64,000 nt of DNA from Bdellovibrionota bacterium (GTDB lineage: Bacteria > Bdellovibrionota_C > UBA2361 > JBGSMV01), in NCBI GenBank assembly GCA_041739995.1, contig JBGSMV010000046.1:1-64000 (forward strand). The letters run 5' to 3'. The number at the start of each line of letters is the position of its first letter. Position 1 is the stretch's first letter. Below the pieces are notes generated by a model that ran no database searches, was not told where the DNA came from, and saw only the letters and a list, made by a program, of their open reading frames with translations. Position numbers and translations under genes: made by a program. This document shows, piece by piece, positions 30,192-39,936 of the stretch.

Positions 30192-30233
30192 TAGAGCCGA
30201 ATTAGCTTTAACTCGCTGATTCGGCTCTATTTC
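30192..30233 (+). terminator. Intrinsic terminator
   Basis: TAGAGCCGAATTAGC...GCTGATTCGGCTCTA followed by TTT. Confidence 0.6.
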
Positions 30234-30412
30234 ATTGTGTTGCTGACGTGACGTCACTTAAGCGCTCCCCGCACAGAAATGACCCGGGTATATTCCCCGA
30301 ATACGAAATTTTCCTAGTTGAACCAACAGATTAGCGAATATCTGAAGCACGCAGCGCTTGTAGGCAGAACTCTTATTGGGTACTTTCTCTCACCCGAACG
30401 GAGTTTAGGCAG

Positions 30413-30883
30413 ATGGGCCACGCGCTTCCAAAAACTGAATACGCCACTGCTAGCTCGCTCTCTTCTGTGGCTTCCTCGTTCGGTCCGCGCCTTTCACTCG
30501 TGCGAGGCGGAGTTCCTCGCAGTGTCGATTTCGATCCCGGCGCCAAGCCGCAGTCCGCAGTCGCAACCCGAGAGATCACTATTCTTTGCCTGATCCTTGT
30601 CGGCTTACAATTTTTGGACTTCGCTCTGACGGCGTTGGGCGTTTCCCACCTCGGCATAGAAGCTGAAGGCAATCCGATGATTCGCGGACTCATGCATCTG
30701 TGGGGGCCGCTACCTGCTCTGCTCTCAGTAAAGTTTCTCGCAACGCTTGTAATTTACCTGCTATTTATCGTTGCTCGACAGGTTAAATGGATACGTGCGG
30801 CACTTAGAGCGGTCATCGCTCTCTATCTATGTGCGGCTATTTTGCCATGGTCCGGGATTCTACTCGGAACGTTCTTTCTCTAG
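30413..30883 (+). CDS. DUF5658-like small membrane protein
   Basis: LQFLD.ALT..G....G..AEGNPMI...M, K in a TM helix. Confidence 0.75.
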   Translation: MGHALPKTEYATASSLSSVASSFGPRLSLVRGGVPRSVDFDPGAKPQSAVATREITILCLILVGLQFLDFALTALGVSHLGIEAEGNPMIRGLMHLWGPLPALLSVKFLATLVIYLLFIVARQVKWIRAALRAVIALYLCAAILPWSGILLGTFFL

Positions 30884-31091
30884 GAGTCTGTGACAAAGAC
30901 GCCGAGGACCCGTGACGCCTCCTCGAATCAAAGGGCAGCACAGACGTCCGTGACCGAAGGCGAATTGTCATAAACCGGGCTGTGTCACACACACTAGCAG
31001 CTTCGTGAAAAGCTTTTTCAACCTGAATAGACCTGCTTAAACTTGAATTGACTTGTCATTCACTCTCTCCAAGGAGCATACTTCCCCCTAC

Positions 31092-31745
31092 ATGAGAGTC
31101 ACTCGCTGGGGAGAATATGGGATTTTGTGCTGCCTATACTTGGCACGTCGTAGCCTAGCGTCGAGCAGCCTCGCATCCGGAAATGTAGAGGAGCCAATCG
31201 GCGCAACAGAGATCGCCGAACAGCAGAGAATACCTACTCAATACGCCCAACAAATTCTTCATCGCCTCCGTAAGGGAAACATCATCAAGAGCGTGCGCGG
31301 CCCTAAGGGAGGATTTCTCTTAGTAAAAAGTCCAACGGAAACCAACCTACGAGAGATTCTCTATGCGGCCGAGGGCAAAACCTTCGAGCTCATTTGTGAT
31401 GCCGATCCAGTTTTCGAAGAAGAATGCGGTGCCGACCATGCCTGTCAGCTACGCGGCGTCTGGCAAGACTTGCGACACGCAGTGGACTCTCTGCTTGAAA
31501 GCAGAACTCTGAGCTTCCTACTCACTTCCGAGGACACGATTCGAGGGTGCCACGGAGATGCTACCCAACCCACAAAGCTTGGCTCCGCCAACAATAAGCT
31601 TGGCTCCGCTAACAATAAGCCTGGCTCCGCCAATAATGGACAGGGTCAGAACAGTGGGCAGAGAAATTCTCCCTGCTCATCAGCGCTATCGACCAGCAGC
31701 GCAAATACTAACCTCGTATCGCCTCCTCATCGACGCGAAGTATAG
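31092..31745 (+). CDS. Rrf2-family transcriptional regulator (IscR/NsrR-like, three Cys)
   Basis: EIAEQQRIP.QYAQQIL.RLRK..IIKSVRGPKGGF, C..C..C..RGVW. Confidence 0.92.
   Translation: MRVTRWGEYGILCCLYLARRSLASSSLASGNVEEPIGATEIAEQQRIPTQYAQQILHRLRKGNIIKSVRGPKGGFLLVKSPTETNLREILYAAEGKTFELICDADPVFEEECGADHACQLRGVWQDLRHAVDSLLESRTLSFLLTSEDTIRGCHGDATQPTKLGSANNKLGSANNKPGSANNGQGQNSGQRNSPCSSALSTSSANTNLVSPPHRREV
31575..31637 (+). repeat. 3 x 21-bp coding tandem repeat (KLGSANN)
   Basis: AAGCTTGGCTCCGCCAACAAT-like unit repeated three times. Confidence 0.9.
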
Positions 31746-31840
31746 CAGCTTCCCCGAATGCAGATGCAGTGACCCGGATGCCGCAACTCTTTTGAGACTG
31801 CCGGAGAATCTCAATCCATGGAGCTTCTCCAGACACTCGG

Positions 31841-32329
31841 CTATCGGGTGAAAGTATACTTAAACAGCAGTGGCTGATCGCCTCGCATCACTTCTATCTG
31901 AGCTTCAGACGCATTCTTCAAAAGGCGAACATAATCACGAAATACATCAGGATTGCGCAGATAGCGCTCGCTTGCAGCGACAAGAATGTCCGCGTTCTGA
32001 AGCCCAAGCAGGGTGTAAACGCTGCCTGGATTGATATCGAATAATCGATACAGTGGCTGAGCGCTCACGTCCCGTGCCGCATACATTTCAATCACTCTAA
32101 TTTTATTTGTCAGCAGATCTTTCTCGAGAGCGGTCTTCAACTGACTTACAGGGATAGTAAGCTCTATAGTTTTAATCTCAGGTGGGGTCTCGCGAACTAC
32201 CGAATACTTCTCGGGCTCTGATTCGAAGAGGCTCGCACAGCCCGTGCTACCAAGACTCAAAACCGCGAGCAAAACGCCCTTACAGAGCCAGCTTCCAGCA
32301 CTTCCGCCATTCATCAAGCACTTCCACAT
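31841..32329 (-). CDS. Lipoprotein with a GspC-type PDZ-like domain
   Basis: Lipobox-like LGSTGC; YRLFDINPGSVY..LGLQNADIL...IEVMRG..L.F.Y. Confidence 0.65.
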   Translation of the reverse strand: MWKCLMNGGSAGSWLCKGVLLAVLSLGSTGCASLFESEPEKYSVVRETPPEIKTIELTIPVSQLKTALEKDLLTNKIRVIEMYAARDVSAQPLYRLFDINPGSVYTLLGLQNADILVAASERYLRNPDVFRDYVRLLKNASEAQIEVMRGDQPLLFKYTFTR

Positions 32330-32370
32330 ACCTTGTATTCCTCAAAAATTAAGGCAAACCAAAAACCCAG

Positions 32371-32591
32371 GTAAACGTTCACATCGAATCTACTAATCTG
32401 CGCAAACCGCAAAAATGACTCGCCCCCTCAGGGGTCGATTTGCGGAGCAAATCATGGGGTGAAAAACTATCCGTTCACAAAATGCAGCCGTCTCCGATCA
32501 GGGGACGACCACCGAATTGCCACCACTCAATTATTTTTCAGCCCAATAACTAACTAACACCGCCAGTTAATTTTACCGTGTGAACGGATAC
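32371..32591. mobile_element. MITE-like non-autonomous element
   Basis: Ends GTAAACGTTCAC / GTGAACGGATAC; internal second left end TATCCGTTCACA at 32468; flanks AAACCCAG / AAACCCAA. Confidence 0.6.
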
Positions 32592-32638
32592 AAACCCAAA
32601 CACTCACCAGAATCTCGAAGACTCCCTCAAAGAACAAC

Positions 32639-33301
32639 CTAGCTATCAGCTGTTCCTTCACCAAGAATCTGATCGATCCAGCTCAAAGTTCCCCGTACCA
32701 GGCGGCACCGCTCGGCCACAAGAATCGACTGCACACTGGCACAAGCAACTTCAAGATCCTCGTTTACTACTAGGTATTCACCGCCCTGCCCTGATAAATA
32801 GGCCTCTCGAATAAGGCGATACTCCTCTTCGGCGGTCTGCAATCGTTTTGCTAACTCCGCAGGCGAAACAGCACCACGCGCCAACACTCTCCCGCCCACA
32901 TCCTGAAACGAGGGAGGCATCAGAAATACTATAACGGTCTGTTTATCAAACTGCGCAGAAAGACTGCGCGCCCCCCGGATATCAATATCAAATACCTGAT
33001 CCTGCCCTGCCTGGATGGCCTGCTCTAACGGAGCCCGCATCGTACCGTATAGATTGCCGTGTATTTCTTCCCACTCAAAAAAAGCGTTCGCTTGGACTTG
33101 CACCATAAAGTCAGCACGAGATACGAAATGATAGCTTTCGCCCTCCTGCTCACTCTTACGCTTTGGTCTTGAAGTAACCGACACTGACTTTCGGAGTGCG
33201 CCATCACTAGAACTAATCATCCGCTCTGCAATGGTCGTCTTGCCGCCGCCAGCTGGTCCTACCAAACAGAGCAGTATGCCTTCTCTAACTATCTCTAACA
33301 C
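32639..33301 (-). CDS. gmk: Guanylate kinase
   Basis: GPAGGGKTT, SVSVTSRP.R..E..G..YHFVS, EWEEIHGNLYGT, DIDIRGA. Confidence 0.95.
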   Translation of the reverse strand: MLEIVREGILLCLVGPAGGGKTTIAERMISSSDGALRKSVSVTSRPKRKSEQEGESYHFVSRADFMVQVQANAFFEWEEIHGNLYGTMRAPLEQAIQAGQDQVFDIDIRGARSLSAQFDKQTVIVFLMPPSFQDVGGRVLARGAVSPAELAKRLQTAEEEYRLIREAYLSGQGGEYLVVNEDLEVACASVQSILVAERCRLVRGTLSWIDQILGEGTADS

Positions 33302-33397
33302 ATGACTCCTCGGTCTCTAGGTCGCGGGCCCTAAGTTGAAAACCGCTATCCAAGCTTGGTAGCCCAACTTCGACAGCTCGCGATTGATTAGATTCAC

Positions 33398-34462
33398 TTA
33401 TGCAATATTTTGAACCTGCTCTCGAAGTTTCTCAATTTCCACCTTTGATTCGATCATGACGCCCTGCATCTCACTGTCCTGCGCCTTTGATCCAATGGTG
33501 TTGAACTCGCGATGAATTTCCTGAAGCAGAAAATCGAATCTCTTACCCGAGGGCTCAGACTCAAGCGTCTCAGCAAACTGGGTGAGATGACTATTGAGTC
33601 TCACCAGCTCCTCTGTAATGTCGGCCCTGTCAGCGAGCAACACCACCTCTGAAGCCACTCGCGCTTCGTCAAGCACAACCTCAGGCGATAACTTTCGCAC
33701 ACGCTCAAGCAGCTTGCTCCTTAGGTTGTCATGAACAACTTTCGAACGCGCCAAGATTCGAGCACGCATACTCACTAAGTGCGAGATTCGCAGTTGTAAA
33801 TCTTGGCTCAGCGCCAACCCTTCAGCTCTCTGCATCTCACGCACCTTGGCAAGCGCCGCACGCAGAGTCTCAATCAATATTTTTTGCTCGCCTTCCTGGT
33901 CGACTAGTTGCTCAACCGTAAGGCTCACATCCTGGCGACGCAGCACGTCTTTGACTAATTCGGCCTTTAGACTGATTAACTGCTGCGGCGACAGTCCCGC
34001 ACAGTGCGGAGAAGCTTCAAGCGCACGAGTCTGCGCCTCACAAAGCTCGTCGAACAGCACCTGGTCAAGCTGCACTCGACCAAATTGTTTTGCCGAGTTC
34101 GATTTAGTGTCGCGCCTCCCCGCAGGACGTGAGTCCACGACTCTGCCAACATATACGTCGACTCTGCCACGAGTAATTTCTTCTGAGATCAACTTCTTCA
34201 AGTCCGATTCAAAAGACCCATAAAGACGCGGCAGTTTCATCGAAATGTCTAGGAAGCGATGATTGACGCACCGCACTTCGACCTGCACACAGAGCCCTGC
34301 TTGCCGTCGTTCAGCATAACCATAACCGGTCATGCTCAAGATCCCTGCCTTTGAAGAACCTCGACCTGCCTTCTTCCCGCCAGAGCTCCCTTTGTTCTGC
34401 GCAGCGAGGCGTTGGCCTGAACCCCGTTTCTCCGCACTGCCTGTCTGCGCACTCCTAGTCAT
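33398..34462 (-). CDS. yicC: YicC/YloC family endoribonuclease
   Basis: SMTGYG, EVRCVNHRFLD, RGRVD, DITEELVRL.SH, GKRFDFLLQE..RE.NTIGSK, REQVQNI. Confidence 0.95.
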   Translation of the reverse strand: MTRSAQTGSAEKRGSGQRLAAQNKGSSGGKKAGRGSSKAGILSMTGYGYAERRQAGLCVQVEVRCVNHRFLDISMKLPRLYGSFESDLKKLISEEITRGRVDVYVGRVVDSRPAGRRDTKSNSAKQFGRVQLDQVLFDELCEAQTRALEASPHCAGLSPQQLISLKAELVKDVLRRQDVSLTVEQLVDQEGEQKILIETLRAALAKVREMQRAEGLALSQDLQLRISHLVSMRARILARSKVVHDNLRSKLLERVRKLSPEVVLDEARVASEVVLLADRADITEELVRLNSHLTQFAETLESEPSGKRFDFLLQEIHREFNTIGSKAQDSEMQGVMIESKVEIEKLREQVQNIA

Positions 34463-35568
34463 CGAGAGCCCTTAACAATTGAGGTGCTGCCGTCAGTCGC
34501 CGCGTCTGTGCTCCGCAGGATCTCCGCTCTCACCTTTTCCGTCGTAGCCGCAACCGTGCCCACTTCGGAGACCACAACACCCGCTCCGATGTTGGCCAGG
34601 TCGCCCGCCACCTGAACTGACGATCCAGAAGACAGTGCCGCCGTGAAAATTGCGGTTACGGTATCTCCCGCTCCGCTGACGTCGAAAACTTCTCGAGCAG
34701 CGGTACTACGAAACAGCGGCTCTGGGTTGTCCCGCGAGAGCATCATCAAGCCGTCCTCTCCCAGGGTAATCATCACCAAGTCGGAGCCCCACAACTTGAT
34801 CAGTACCTCTCCGGCAAGTTTGGCCGATCTCAGATCGGTAATAGCAAATCCCACCGCCGCTTCGGCCTCCTTGCGATTAGGCTTTACGATTGGGATCTCT
34901 CGGTAGATGGCGTAATTCGTCGGATGCGGATCCAAAACCAACGGTCGTTTCTTTACGGAAAGTTCTCCGGCCGCGCGCGCAGCCACGATGCGCTTAATGA
35001 GAGCATCTGAAATGGCGCCCTTACCGTAGTCAGAAATCACCAATCCCTTTGAAGCTTTCAGGTGGGTATCCACCATGGCCGCGAAGCCTTCACTCAAGCC
35101 CGCTCCAAGTGCCCCCTTCTTCTCGCGGTCAATACGAACGAGTTGTTGACGACTGGCGACCACCCGCGTTTTCAAAGCGGTAGGGCGACCTCGATCGATC
35201 ATCACTCCGTCACGCTCAATTTCGTCCTGCTCCAAGAGTGCGAGAACTTGCGCTCCCTCGTCATCGTCTCCGATGAAGCCGCACAGAGACACGGTTGCTC
35301 CCAGCGCTCTCAAATTTCTCGCCACGTTTGCCGCGCCGCCAAGACGATCCTCAACGCGCTGCACTTCAACGATGGGCACCGGCGCTTCAGGCGAAATGCG
35401 GTCGACCCGACCCCACACGTAGCGGTCAAGTATAATGTCGCCAACGACCAGTAACGGGGTGCCCGCGATACGGTCTAGGGCCGCAAGTAGCTGCTCGGCG
35501 TCAGGATTGGGTACTGGAAGAGGCGCCGTTGGAGTATTCACAAAGGTAATCCCTGGTATTGGTGTCAC
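34459..35568 (-). CDS. rfaE1: D-glycero-beta-D-manno-heptose-7-phosphate kinase (stand-alone HldE kinase domain)
   Basis: VGDIILDRY.WG.V.RISPEAPVP, GGAANVA, SDYGKG, KPNRKEA, DVSGAGDTV. Confidence 0.93.
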   Translation of the reverse strand: MTPIPGITFVNTPTAPLPVPNPDAEQLLAALDRIAGTPLLVVGDIILDRYVWGRVDRISPEAPVPIVEVQRVEDRLGGAANVARNLRALGATVSLCGFIGDDDEGAQVLALLEQDEIERDGVMIDRGRPTALKTRVVASRQQLVRIDREKKGALGAGLSEGFAAMVDTHLKASKGLVISDYGKGAISDALIKRIVAARAAGELSVKKRPLVLDPHPTNYAIYREIPIVKPNRKEAEAAVGFAITDLRSAKLAGEVLIKLWGSDLVMITLGEDGLMMLSRDNPEPLFRSTAAREVFDVSGAGDTVTAIFTAALSSGSSVQVAGDLANIGAGVVVSEVGTVAATTEKVRAEILRSTDAATDGSTSIVKGSR

Positions 35569-35642
35569 TAGAAGCTAATGAAGCCACCCTCGTATCGCAA
35601 GAGCTCAAGCAAATTAGTAGCTTAAACCCGGGGGTTGCCCTG

Positions 35643-36800
35643 TCACTTTAGCCCCAAAGCACCTCCAGCCGTATCATTTTGGAGAACGATATAGGGCCTA
35701 AGTGCGTCAAACACGGCTTCGGGGCTTATCAAACGCATACACACCCGATTAAGCCCTGGGCAGACTCTTCGATAGCAAGGAGAACAGCCTAACGAGGCGC
35801 TGAGTACCGCCACCTGATTTTGGAGACCACCCTGAGAGCCCTTAATAATCGGCGCAGTTCGGGCCGAAGACGTTGGGCCAAATAAACCGACGACCGGTAC
35901 TCCCAACCCGGCGGCGATGTGCCCTGGACCAGAGTCCGGCCCGACCACCACTGTTGATTCAGCCAATAATCCCACGAGCTCCTCAAGGGAAGTCTGTGCG
36001 ACCATGTCGACTACCCGAGCGGATTTCTCGGTCGGTAGAGCCGTGTCTTTCTTGCCTTGCTTGGAAAGCGCCGCAGCCACACTCCCTGCCAGCTCAATTT
36101 GAGACCGGTCGCCGACCAATACGAGCGAGTGCGAGGTTTCTGCTAACAACTTCTGCCCAAGCGACAGGTACCCAGACGCGAGCCAATTCTTGGACTCCCA
36201 GGAGCTCCCCATCACGCACACCACATAATTTTTTGAGCGTAGTCCCTTGGACGCCGGTAGGTTCGCATTTCCTAGAGAGAGCTCACTACCGTAGTCCTGC
36301 GCAGTACGGGGAATTTCCAGAAGATCGAGAAAGCGTTGATACACTTCTCCCTTGTTCTCCAAATCTTCGTCAAAGGCGCGGATTCGCTCGGTTGAAAGCA
36401 GCCAATTTCCTTCCTTGGCGTTCGCGCGAGCGAAGCCGATGCGACGCGGGCACCTGGAAAGCCAGGTCACCAGCGCGCTCTTGGCGTGGCGCTGCAAATC
36501 CAGCGCCACATCATAGCGCTCACGTCGAAGCTCTTTAACAAAGTCCAGCTGAGATTGCAGACCCTTTGCGCGCGGGAACACCACGACCCGATCCACCTGC
36601 GTCGACAATCGCACAAGCCCTTCTGACTTGGGCTCGACCACCCACGTCACTCGAGCATGCGGCCAGTGGCGCTTGATGCGCGGAACGAGCGTAAGACCAC
36701 GGGCGACATCGCCAATCGAACCCATGAGAGTGACAAGAATTCGGTGAGAAGGAGAAACCTCTCCGTCCTGCCTTTCAATAGGATGCTTGTTATCAGACAT
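35643..36800 (-). CDS. GT9 LPS heptosyltransferase (WaaC-like)
   Basis: GSIGDV, DLQ..AKS, SKNW, GPDSGPGHIAA, LFGPT, CSPC..C. Confidence 0.9.
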   Translation of the reverse strand: MSDNKHPIERQDGEVSPSHRILVTLMGSIGDVARGLTLVPRIKRHWPHARVTWVVEPKSEGLVRLSTQVDRVVVFPRAKGLQSQLDFVKELRRERYDVALDLQRHAKSALVTWLSRCPRRIGFARANAKEGNWLLSTERIRAFDEDLENKGEVYQRFLDLLEIPRTAQDYGSELSLGNANLPASKGLRSKNYVVCVMGSSWESKNWLASGYLSLGQKLLAETSHSLVLVGDRSQIELAGSVAAALSKQGKKDTALPTEKSARVVDMVAQTSLEELVGLLAESTVVVGPDSGPGHIAAGLGVPVVGLFGPTSSARTAPIIKGSQGGLQNQVAVLSASLGCSPCYRRVCPGLNRVCMRLISPEAVFDALRPYIVLQNDTAGGALGLK

Positions 36801-36803
36801 GAG

Positions 36804-37541
36804 CTAGCATCCCTGAGCTGCCACCTGCCGCAGCTCCATCGCCATTAACTCAGAGAGAGTCTCTGGCAGAGAGTGCTTAATCACTGCTCGACGCCAGCGC
36901 CGCAAGTACTGATCCCTAAGGTCGCGCTCGCTACCGTCAAAGGCTGCCGCATTGTCAAAATCCACTACGTGCACTCGCCCTGACTGATCGACCAACACGT
37001 TCCCCGGATGCAGATCTACGTGCAGTACTTTATTCTCAATCAGAATGCGCACCTGCCGAGCCAGGTCGTTAATGAGTTTCTCCGGCCCAAAACGCTCAAG
37101 CACTGAAGTCTCCGCAAGACGTCCATGTTCGGCAATCTCACGCATGAGCAACCAGCCTTCGTAGCAAAGTGCTCCTCGAGTAGCGAAAGCGATTGGTTCG
37201 GGCGCTTCGACCCCAAGACAACGAACCTGTTCAAGCAGTTCAAACTCTACCTGAGGCCTTACCCTCCCAATGCGCAGATAATATCGTGAATTCAAAAATC
37301 GCATCACGCCTCCACGCAGGTAACGCTTCACCGCGATCGACCCTAAACCGTCTACTTTTTGAATCGCCACTCCGCCACGACCTCCAAGCGGCATGCGCTC
37401 GCGCTTGGGCACTTCTGACAATAGCAACGCAAGCGCAGAGAGTTGCTCAGTGGTGAGCGAGTGCGTGAACCCAAAGCGGTAGTCGCCTACACGAGCGACC
37501 CGAAGTTCGGAGCGCCCTGCCGTGTCATTCGTTTCTCGCAT
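36804..37541 (-). CDS. Lipopolysaccharide kinase, Kdo kinase (KdkA)-like
   Basis: VKRYLRGG, RP..EF.LL, HVDLHPGNVL, VDFD; inside the LPS core operon. Confidence 0.8.
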   Translation of the reverse strand: MRETNDTAGRSELRVARVGDYRFGFTHSLTTEQLSALALLLSEVPKRERMPLGGRGGVAIQKVDGLGSIAVKRYLRGGVMRFLNSRYYLRIGRVRPQVEFELLEQVRCLGVEAPEPIAFATRGALCYEGWLLMREIAEHGRLAETSVLERFGPEKLINDLARQVRILIENKVLHVDLHPGNVLVDQSGRVHVVDFDNAAAFDGSERDLRDQYLRRWRRAVIKHSLPETLSELMAMELRQVAAQGC

Positions 37542-38596
37542 TAAATCCTCATCCCTGAATCTGCCATCCCCGAATCAGATTGCGCATGCGCCGCGAGCAT
37601 CCGCTTCAGCTCTTCGTATACCAAGTCACTGCCAAGCTCGTACATGCATGCGTTTGTACCTGTAGGGCAGACCTTTCCGCCGTGACGCGCACACGGCTTG
37701 CAGGCCAGTCCCTCTTTCTCGACTACTGCGGCAAAAGGGTTATTCCACGGGCCAAACCCGAACTGGGGCGAGGTCGCACAAAAAACCGCTACAGTCGGCC
37801 GCTTGAGCGCAGAAGCAACGTGCAAAGCAAAGCTATCATTACAGACCACGCCATTTGCATGAGCCACACAGCACAAGAACTCTTCTATTGAAGTCTCCCC
37901 GCAGAGATTTCGGACCTTCAGCCCCTCGGCGACCCGATCAGCGGTCTCTCTTTCGTCGCGGGCGCCAAGAATCACGACCTCCACGCCCTCCTGGGCAAGA
38001 CGCATGCAAAGCTCGCGGTAACGCTCCCAGGCCCAACGTTTCGTATACCAAACACTTCCCGGCACCAGCACGATGTAGCTCCCTTGCTGTGGTAGTCGCT
38101 CACGTACTGATTCTCGCATCTGAGCAAGCGGAATGGGGTGTACTCGGAGAGACGTATCAAAGCGAGGGATCCCACTCTGATCCGAGAGGATTGCCAAATT
38201 TCTAAGTACATCGTGCGAGTACTCTGAGCGACCGATAGTGCGGTGAAAGGCAAACGGAAACGCCGCCTCTTTAAAACCGATACGCTCAGGTATTCCAGAG
38301 AGCATCATCAACAGCGCCGTGCGCCACGATCGATGTAAAACAAACGCGCGCGCAAATTCGCGCTCTCTCAAAGTGCGAGACAGCGCTATGAGCCCACCAA
38401 CTCCGGCGTGCGCACCGCGCTTATCAAAGGTAAGAGTACCGGCTACCAAAGGGTCGGAACGAAAGATTGGCTCAGCCAGAGGTGTCGAAAGCGTCCATAG
38501 CTCCGTATCAGGAAACAGCGTACGAATCCCTGCAACCACTGGGGTTGAGAGAAGGGAGTCTCCCAAAAAGCTGGTCTGAACCAAAAGCGTGCGCAT
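37541..38596 (-). CDS. GT9 LPS heptosyltransferase (WaaF-like)
   Basis: QTSFLGD..L.TP, PGSVW.TKRW, NDSFALH.ASA, CKPC..HG..CP. Confidence 0.9.
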   Translation of the reverse strand: MRTLLVQTSFLGDSLLSTPVVAGIRTLFPDTELWTLSTPLAEPIFRSDPLVAGTLTFDKRGAHAGVGGLIALSRTLREREFARAFVLHRSWRTALLMMLSGIPERIGFKEAAFPFAFHRTIGRSEYSHDVLRNLAILSDQSGIPRFDTSLRVHPIPLAQMRESVRERLPQQGSYIVLVPGSVWYTKRWAWERYRELCMRLAQEGVEVVILGARDERETADRVAEGLKVRNLCGETSIEEFLCCVAHANGVVCNDSFALHVASALKRPTVAVFCATSPQFGFGPWNNPFAAVVEKEGLACKPCARHGGKVCPTGTNACMYELGSDLVYEELKRMLAAHAQSDSGMADSGMRI

Positions 38597-38646
38597 GCAA
38601 GAACATTAGAGGTTAATTAGGGAGCTTCTAAAAACTCCAGTTTTAG

Positions 38647-38740
38647 ATCTTGGTGCGCTTTGTGGTCTTCGTGGTTAAATCGAATTTGGTCAATTTCTAG
38701 AGTTTATTTGCACCACTAAGACCATTAAGACCACTAAGAT
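38647..38740. repeat. REP-like inverted element built from 9-bp ACCACTAAG units
   Basis: ATCTTGGTGCGCTTTGTGGTCTTCGTGGT ... ACCACTAAGACCATTAAGACCACTAAGAT (23/29 complementary). Confidence 0.7.
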
Positions 38741-39709
38741 TTAGCTTTTCAGCGGCTCCCTAGATAAATTGCTTAACAGATCTCGAAGCCAGTTGATTTC
38801 TCGTTCGATGCCAGTGGCAAGCCCAATTTTTGGTGAAAATCCGAGTTTGGCGCGGATTAGCGATGTATCGGCGCTGGTATGGCGCGCGTCCCCTGCCTGT
38901 CGTTCGCTTCGCTTAATATCAAGCGGGCCGACATGCTCGGAAATTATGGCAAGCACCTCATTCACAGTTGCCTGAACGCCGCCACCCACATTGAACACCG
39001 CTCCGCTCTCACCGAGCTGAGCGGCCAGCACATTCGCCTCAACGATATCATCGATAAAAGTGAAGTCCCGTGACTGCTCACCATCACCGTAAAGCGGCAC
39101 CGGCTCACGCGTTAGGCCTGCGCGAATGAACTTATGAAAAGCCATGTCGGGGCGTTGCCGTGGCCCGAATACAGTAAAATAGCGCAACGATACGGTGGGC
39201 ACATCGAACTCTTGCGCATACAGCACCATCAAGTGCTCAGCCGCGAGTTTGCTCACGCCGTAGGGACTTACTGGTCGAGGACGCTCGCTCTCTGGGGTAG
39301 GAAACTTCTCTGCATCTCCGTACACAGAGGAGCTAGATGCGTATACCAACTTACGGAGAGAGGAACTCCCTTTAAGTGCTTCAAGCAGTCTCTGAGTGGC
39401 GAGAATATTATGGTCTGTATAGGTCTGAAAGGTAGTGCCCCAACTCGCTCGAACGCCAGCCTGGGCAGCCTGATGGAACACCAGTTCCGCACCGCCAACC
39501 CACTCATTAACCGGTCCGTCGAAGAGACTCGCCTCAATGAAACGGAAGCTTTTGTGTTGGCGGGCCCCAATGAGATTTCGTTCTTTAATGGCTCTCGGGT
39601 AGTAATTCAGAAAGGTATCAACCCCAATGACCTCGTGACCGTCACTAAGCAGGCGATCGCACAAGCTTGAGCCAATAAATCCAGCAGCGCCGGTAACTAA
39701 GCACTTCAT
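38741..39709 (-). CDS. NAD-dependent epimerase/dehydratase (UDP-glucuronate 4-epimerase-like)
   Basis: VTGAAGFIG, HQAAQAGVR, ASSSSVYG, YGVSK, LRYFTVFGPRQRPDMA, RDFTFIDD. Confidence 0.93.
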   Translation of the reverse strand: MKCLVTGAAGFIGSSLCDRLLSDGHEVIGVDTFLNYYPRAIKERNLIGARQHKSFRFIEASLFDGPVNEWVGGAELVFHQAAQAGVRASWGTTFQTYTDHNILATQRLLEALKGSSSLRKLVYASSSSVYGDAEKFPTPESERPRPVSPYGVSKLAAEHLMVLYAQEFDVPTVSLRYFTVFGPRQRPDMAFHKFIRAGLTREPVPLYGDGEQSRDFTFIDDIVEANVLAAQLGESGAVFNVGGGVQATVNEVLAIISEHVGPLDIKRSERQAGDARHTSADTSLIRAKLGFSPKIGLATGIEREINWLRDLLSNLSREPLKS

Positions 39710-39936
39710 ATTTCCCATATTCTCCAGGTGCCCCCTAAGCTATAGAAACGTCTCAAGAGGAGCAACCGCAGGTCCGTTATAGCTGTTAGCATGCTGACCG
39801 GCCCGTTCGGGGCCACATTGGACCTCTGGGTCGGGACGAAGAGACGGATTCGGCTAGTTCCCCCGGAGGCCTATGGGTAGCGAGGAATTTTTGCACGATA
39901 TCAGCCTCGGCGAGCTAATTGAATTTAAGGGGTCGA

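Noticed and set aside
30890..30990. TGTGACA / TGTCACA words upstream of the Rrf2 gene as an element or operator
   Set aside because: The matches are short and widely spaced, and I cannot distinguish them from chance without comparative data.
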